From NCBI GenBank assembly GCA_031422435.1, contig JANPLU010000072.1:1-30959 (forward strand): a stretch of 30,959 nt of DNA, written 5' to 3'. Positions within the stretch are counted from its first letter, which is position 1. Each line of letters opens with the position of its first letter. Shown here one piece after another: positions 29,070 through 30,959 of the stretch. A model generated the notes under the pieces. That model saw only the letters and a list, made by a program, of their open reading frames with translations, was not told where the DNA came from and searched no databases. Position numbers and translations under genes: made by a program. This DNA comes from Acaryochloridaceae cyanobacterium VAR_48_metabat_390 (GTDB lineage: Bacteria > Cyanobacteriota > Cyanobacteriia > Thermosynechococcales > Thermosynechococcaceae).

Positions 29070-29408
29070 ATGGCATACGCAATTATTGAGACGGGTGGCA
29101 AACAGCTCAAAGTTGAGCCCGGTCGGTTCTACGACATTGAGCTTCTGCATGATGACGTAGATACAAACGTTTCCATTGACCAGGTTTTGCTGGTGAGTGA
29201 TGGCAGCACCGTTACCGTTGGGCGACCCTTGGTTGAAGGAGCCGTTGTAGAGGGCACAATTATGGAGCATCGCCGAGACAAAAAAATTATTGTATACAAA
29301 ATGCAGCCCAAAAAGAAAACCCGCAAGAAACAGGGGCACCGTCAGGAGCTAACACGGCTCATGATTAACTCGATTTCTGTGGGTGGCAAAGCTCTAGAAG
29401 CGGTCTAA
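29070..29408 (+). CDS. rplU: 50S ribosomal protein L21
   Basis: [12 protein letters not shown]...[10 protein letters not shown]. Confidence 0.98.
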   Translation: MAYAIIETGGKQLKVEPGRFYDIELLHDDVDTNVSIDQVLLVSDGSTVTVGRPLVEGAVVEGTIMEHRRDKKIIVYKMQPKKKTRKKQGHRQELTRLMINSISVGGKALEAV

Positions 29409-29453
29409 GCTAAAGGTTCATTAAGCATTAGCGTGAATTAAGGAAGGGTAACA

Positions 29454-29738
29454 ATGGCTCATAAGAAGGGTACAGGCAGTACACGTAACGGTCGTGACTC
29501 AAATGCAAAGCGACTGGGTGTCAAAAAGTATGGTGGCGAGGTGGTTCGCGCCGGAAACATCATCATTCGTCAGCGTGGGACTAAGGTTCACCCTGGTGAA
29601 AATGTGGGTCGTGGAAATGACGACACCCTTTATGCGCTGTCTGATGGTGTTGTAACATTTGAGCGCAAGGGTAAGAGCCGTAAGAAAGTGAGTGTTTATC
29701 CTGTCGTCGCCGCTGCGCCTGTCACGGTAGCGGCTTAG
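29454..29738 (+). CDS. rpmA: 50S ribosomal protein L27
   Basis: [24 protein letters not shown]. Confidence 0.99.
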   Translation: MAHKKGTGSTRNGRDSNAKRLGVKKYGGEVVRAGNIIIRQRGTKVHPGENVGRGNDDTLYALSDGVVTFERKGKSRKKVSVYPVVAAAPVTVAA

Positions 29739-29756
29739 TCAACAGAACAATCTCTC

Positions 29757-29804
29757 AAAATAGAGAGGTCGATGTCTGCTACTACATCGACCTCTCTATT
29801 TTTT
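29757..29804 (+). terminator. Intrinsic terminator after rpmA
   Basis: AAAATAGAGAGGTCGATGT-ctgctact-ACATCGACCTCTCTATTTT followed by TT. Confidence 0.9.
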
Positions 29805-30258
29805 AGAGAAGTTGATATTTATAATGTTGAATAACAAACTTTCTCAGAATTAACAAACTATTACAGAATCTATCGTTAGCCAAGAGATCGAAGCAATCTG
29901 CTTAAATTTAGCTCCGTTTTTTGAGCCTCATTCACCAAAGATACTGAATATCAAAAAGGCCGAAATGCTTTCTATATAAGGCTTTTGAGATTTTTAGACG
30001 CATATACAGCTTTAGAATAATAAATTCATAACAAAAATATCTTAAAAATCTTTATATCTTTTTGCTTTTTACCATTTTATATTTTTGCATAACCATTAAT
30101 ATAAGTTATTGAAACTTATTTCCCGTAAAGGTTCCGACGTTTCCTCCGAAGGATTTTTACAGAAATTCTCACTAAACCATTTAATATAGAACTGAATAGC
30201 TACGACATTGAAGTTACTCAATTAAAGCCACTTGATGAATCCATAGAGGAGTTCATGC

Positions 30259-30534
30259 ATGAATAAGGGAGAACTGGTGGACGCGATCGCCGATAAGGCA
30301 AGCGTTACCAAAAAGCAGGCCGATGCAGTGTTAAGCGCTGCCCTTGAAAGCATTGTCGAAGCAGTCTCTTCTGAGCAGAAGGTGACATTGGTCGGGTTTG
30401 GATCTTTTGAAGCGCGTCAGCGTAAAGCGCGGGAAGGGCGCAACCCTAAAACAAGCGATAAAATGCAGATCCCAGCCACCAAAGTACCTGCCTTCTCAGC
30501 AGGTAAACTGTTCAAAGAAAAAGTGGCTCCATAG
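30259..30534 (+). CDS. hup: DNA-binding protein HU
   Basis: MNKGELVDAIA...LVGFGSF...REGRNPKT...PAFSAGKLFKE, with a GAGGAG SD. Confidence 0.98.
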   Translation: MNKGELVDAIADKASVTKKQADAVLSAALESIVEAVSSEQKVTLVGFGSFEARQRKAREGRNPKTSDKMQIPATKVPAFSAGKLFKEKVAP

Positions 30535-30564
30535 GCCGCGTTAGAAAGGTTTAACGAAATTAGC

Positions 30565-30959
30565 TTGTCTTTACCGCGTCCTCATCATGGCGGCAACCTA
30601 TCTTGGGCAGCAGCGCTTGCAGGCTGCCGCCCTCAAGAAATACTAGATTTTTCCGCCAGCATTAACCCGCTAGGGCCACCTGCTTCAGTGTTGGCCGCCA
30701 TCACGCAGCACCTGGACGATATTCAGGCATATCCAGACCCAAGTGCCGCCGTGCTGCGCAAACAGCTAAGTCTGCACCATCAGGTGCCCATCGAGTGGGT
30801 GATGGTAGGCAACGGGGCGGCGGAGCTGTTGACTTGGGCTTGTCGCAGCCTGAGTGAAATGACTGAAGCTCATTTGCTCACCCCTGCCTTTGGAGACTAT
30901 TGGCGAGCGCTAAAGGCGTTTGATACTAAAGTTGTCCCCCATTCCATTTTTGCGACTAC
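30565..30959 (+). CDS. cobD: Threonine-phosphate decarboxylase (CobD), partial, runs off the window
   Basis: Not in the ORF track. From TTG 30565: (M)SLPRPHHGGNLSWAAALAGCRPQEILDFSASINPLGPP...AYPDP...VGNGAAELL...TPAFGDYWRAL. Confidence 0.88.
   Translation, partial: MSLPRPHHGGNLSWAAALAGCRPQEILDFSASINPLGPPASVLAAITQHLDDIQAYPDPSAAVLRKQLSLHHQVPIEWVMVGNGAAELLTWACRSLSEMTEAHLLTPAFGDYWRALKAFDTKVVPHSIFAT

Larger units (their letters stand above)
5097..30290. repeat. Dispersed HIP1 octamer GCGATCGC (cyanobacterial highly iterated palindrome)
   Basis: About 30 copies counted by eye, e.g. at 5097, 5896, 6528, 8001, 10518, 14431, 15533, 18041, 20166, 23560, 26959 and 30283. Confidence 0.95.

Noticed and set aside
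29028..29339. Minus-strand ORFs over rplU
   Set aside because: Antisense shadows of a conserved ribosomal protein gene.

Overview
This is a cyanobacterial chromosomal window. About 30 copies of the HIP1 octamer GCGATCGC, an Hli protein, an SLH porin and a CAAD-containing ValRS support that assignment. Most of it is housekeeping or conserved cyanobacterial genes: purB, a LOG-family gene, GH57, Nif3-like, TPR, a TetR/desaturase pair, hli, folP, fcl, a methyltransferase, nadD, valS, a porin, rplU-rpmA, hup and a partial cobD. The left ~4.9 kb looks accessory. It is a closely packed, HIP1-free minus-strand cluster: a CHAT (caspase-like)-STAND NTPase-TPR protein with a compositionally foreign TPR half, a clan AA aspartic protease, a small putative antitoxin and a PIN toxin. 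It is a candidate protease-activated defence or cell-death system. Other points of interest are a TetR regulator fused to a catalytically degenerate tyrosine-recombinase-like domain with two palindromic operators, and a structured intergenic element carrying a 23-aa sORF with a perfect Shine-Dalgarno. Three genes are missing from the ORF track: the PIN toxin, hli and cobD. All calls come from reading the sequence by eye; no searches were run.
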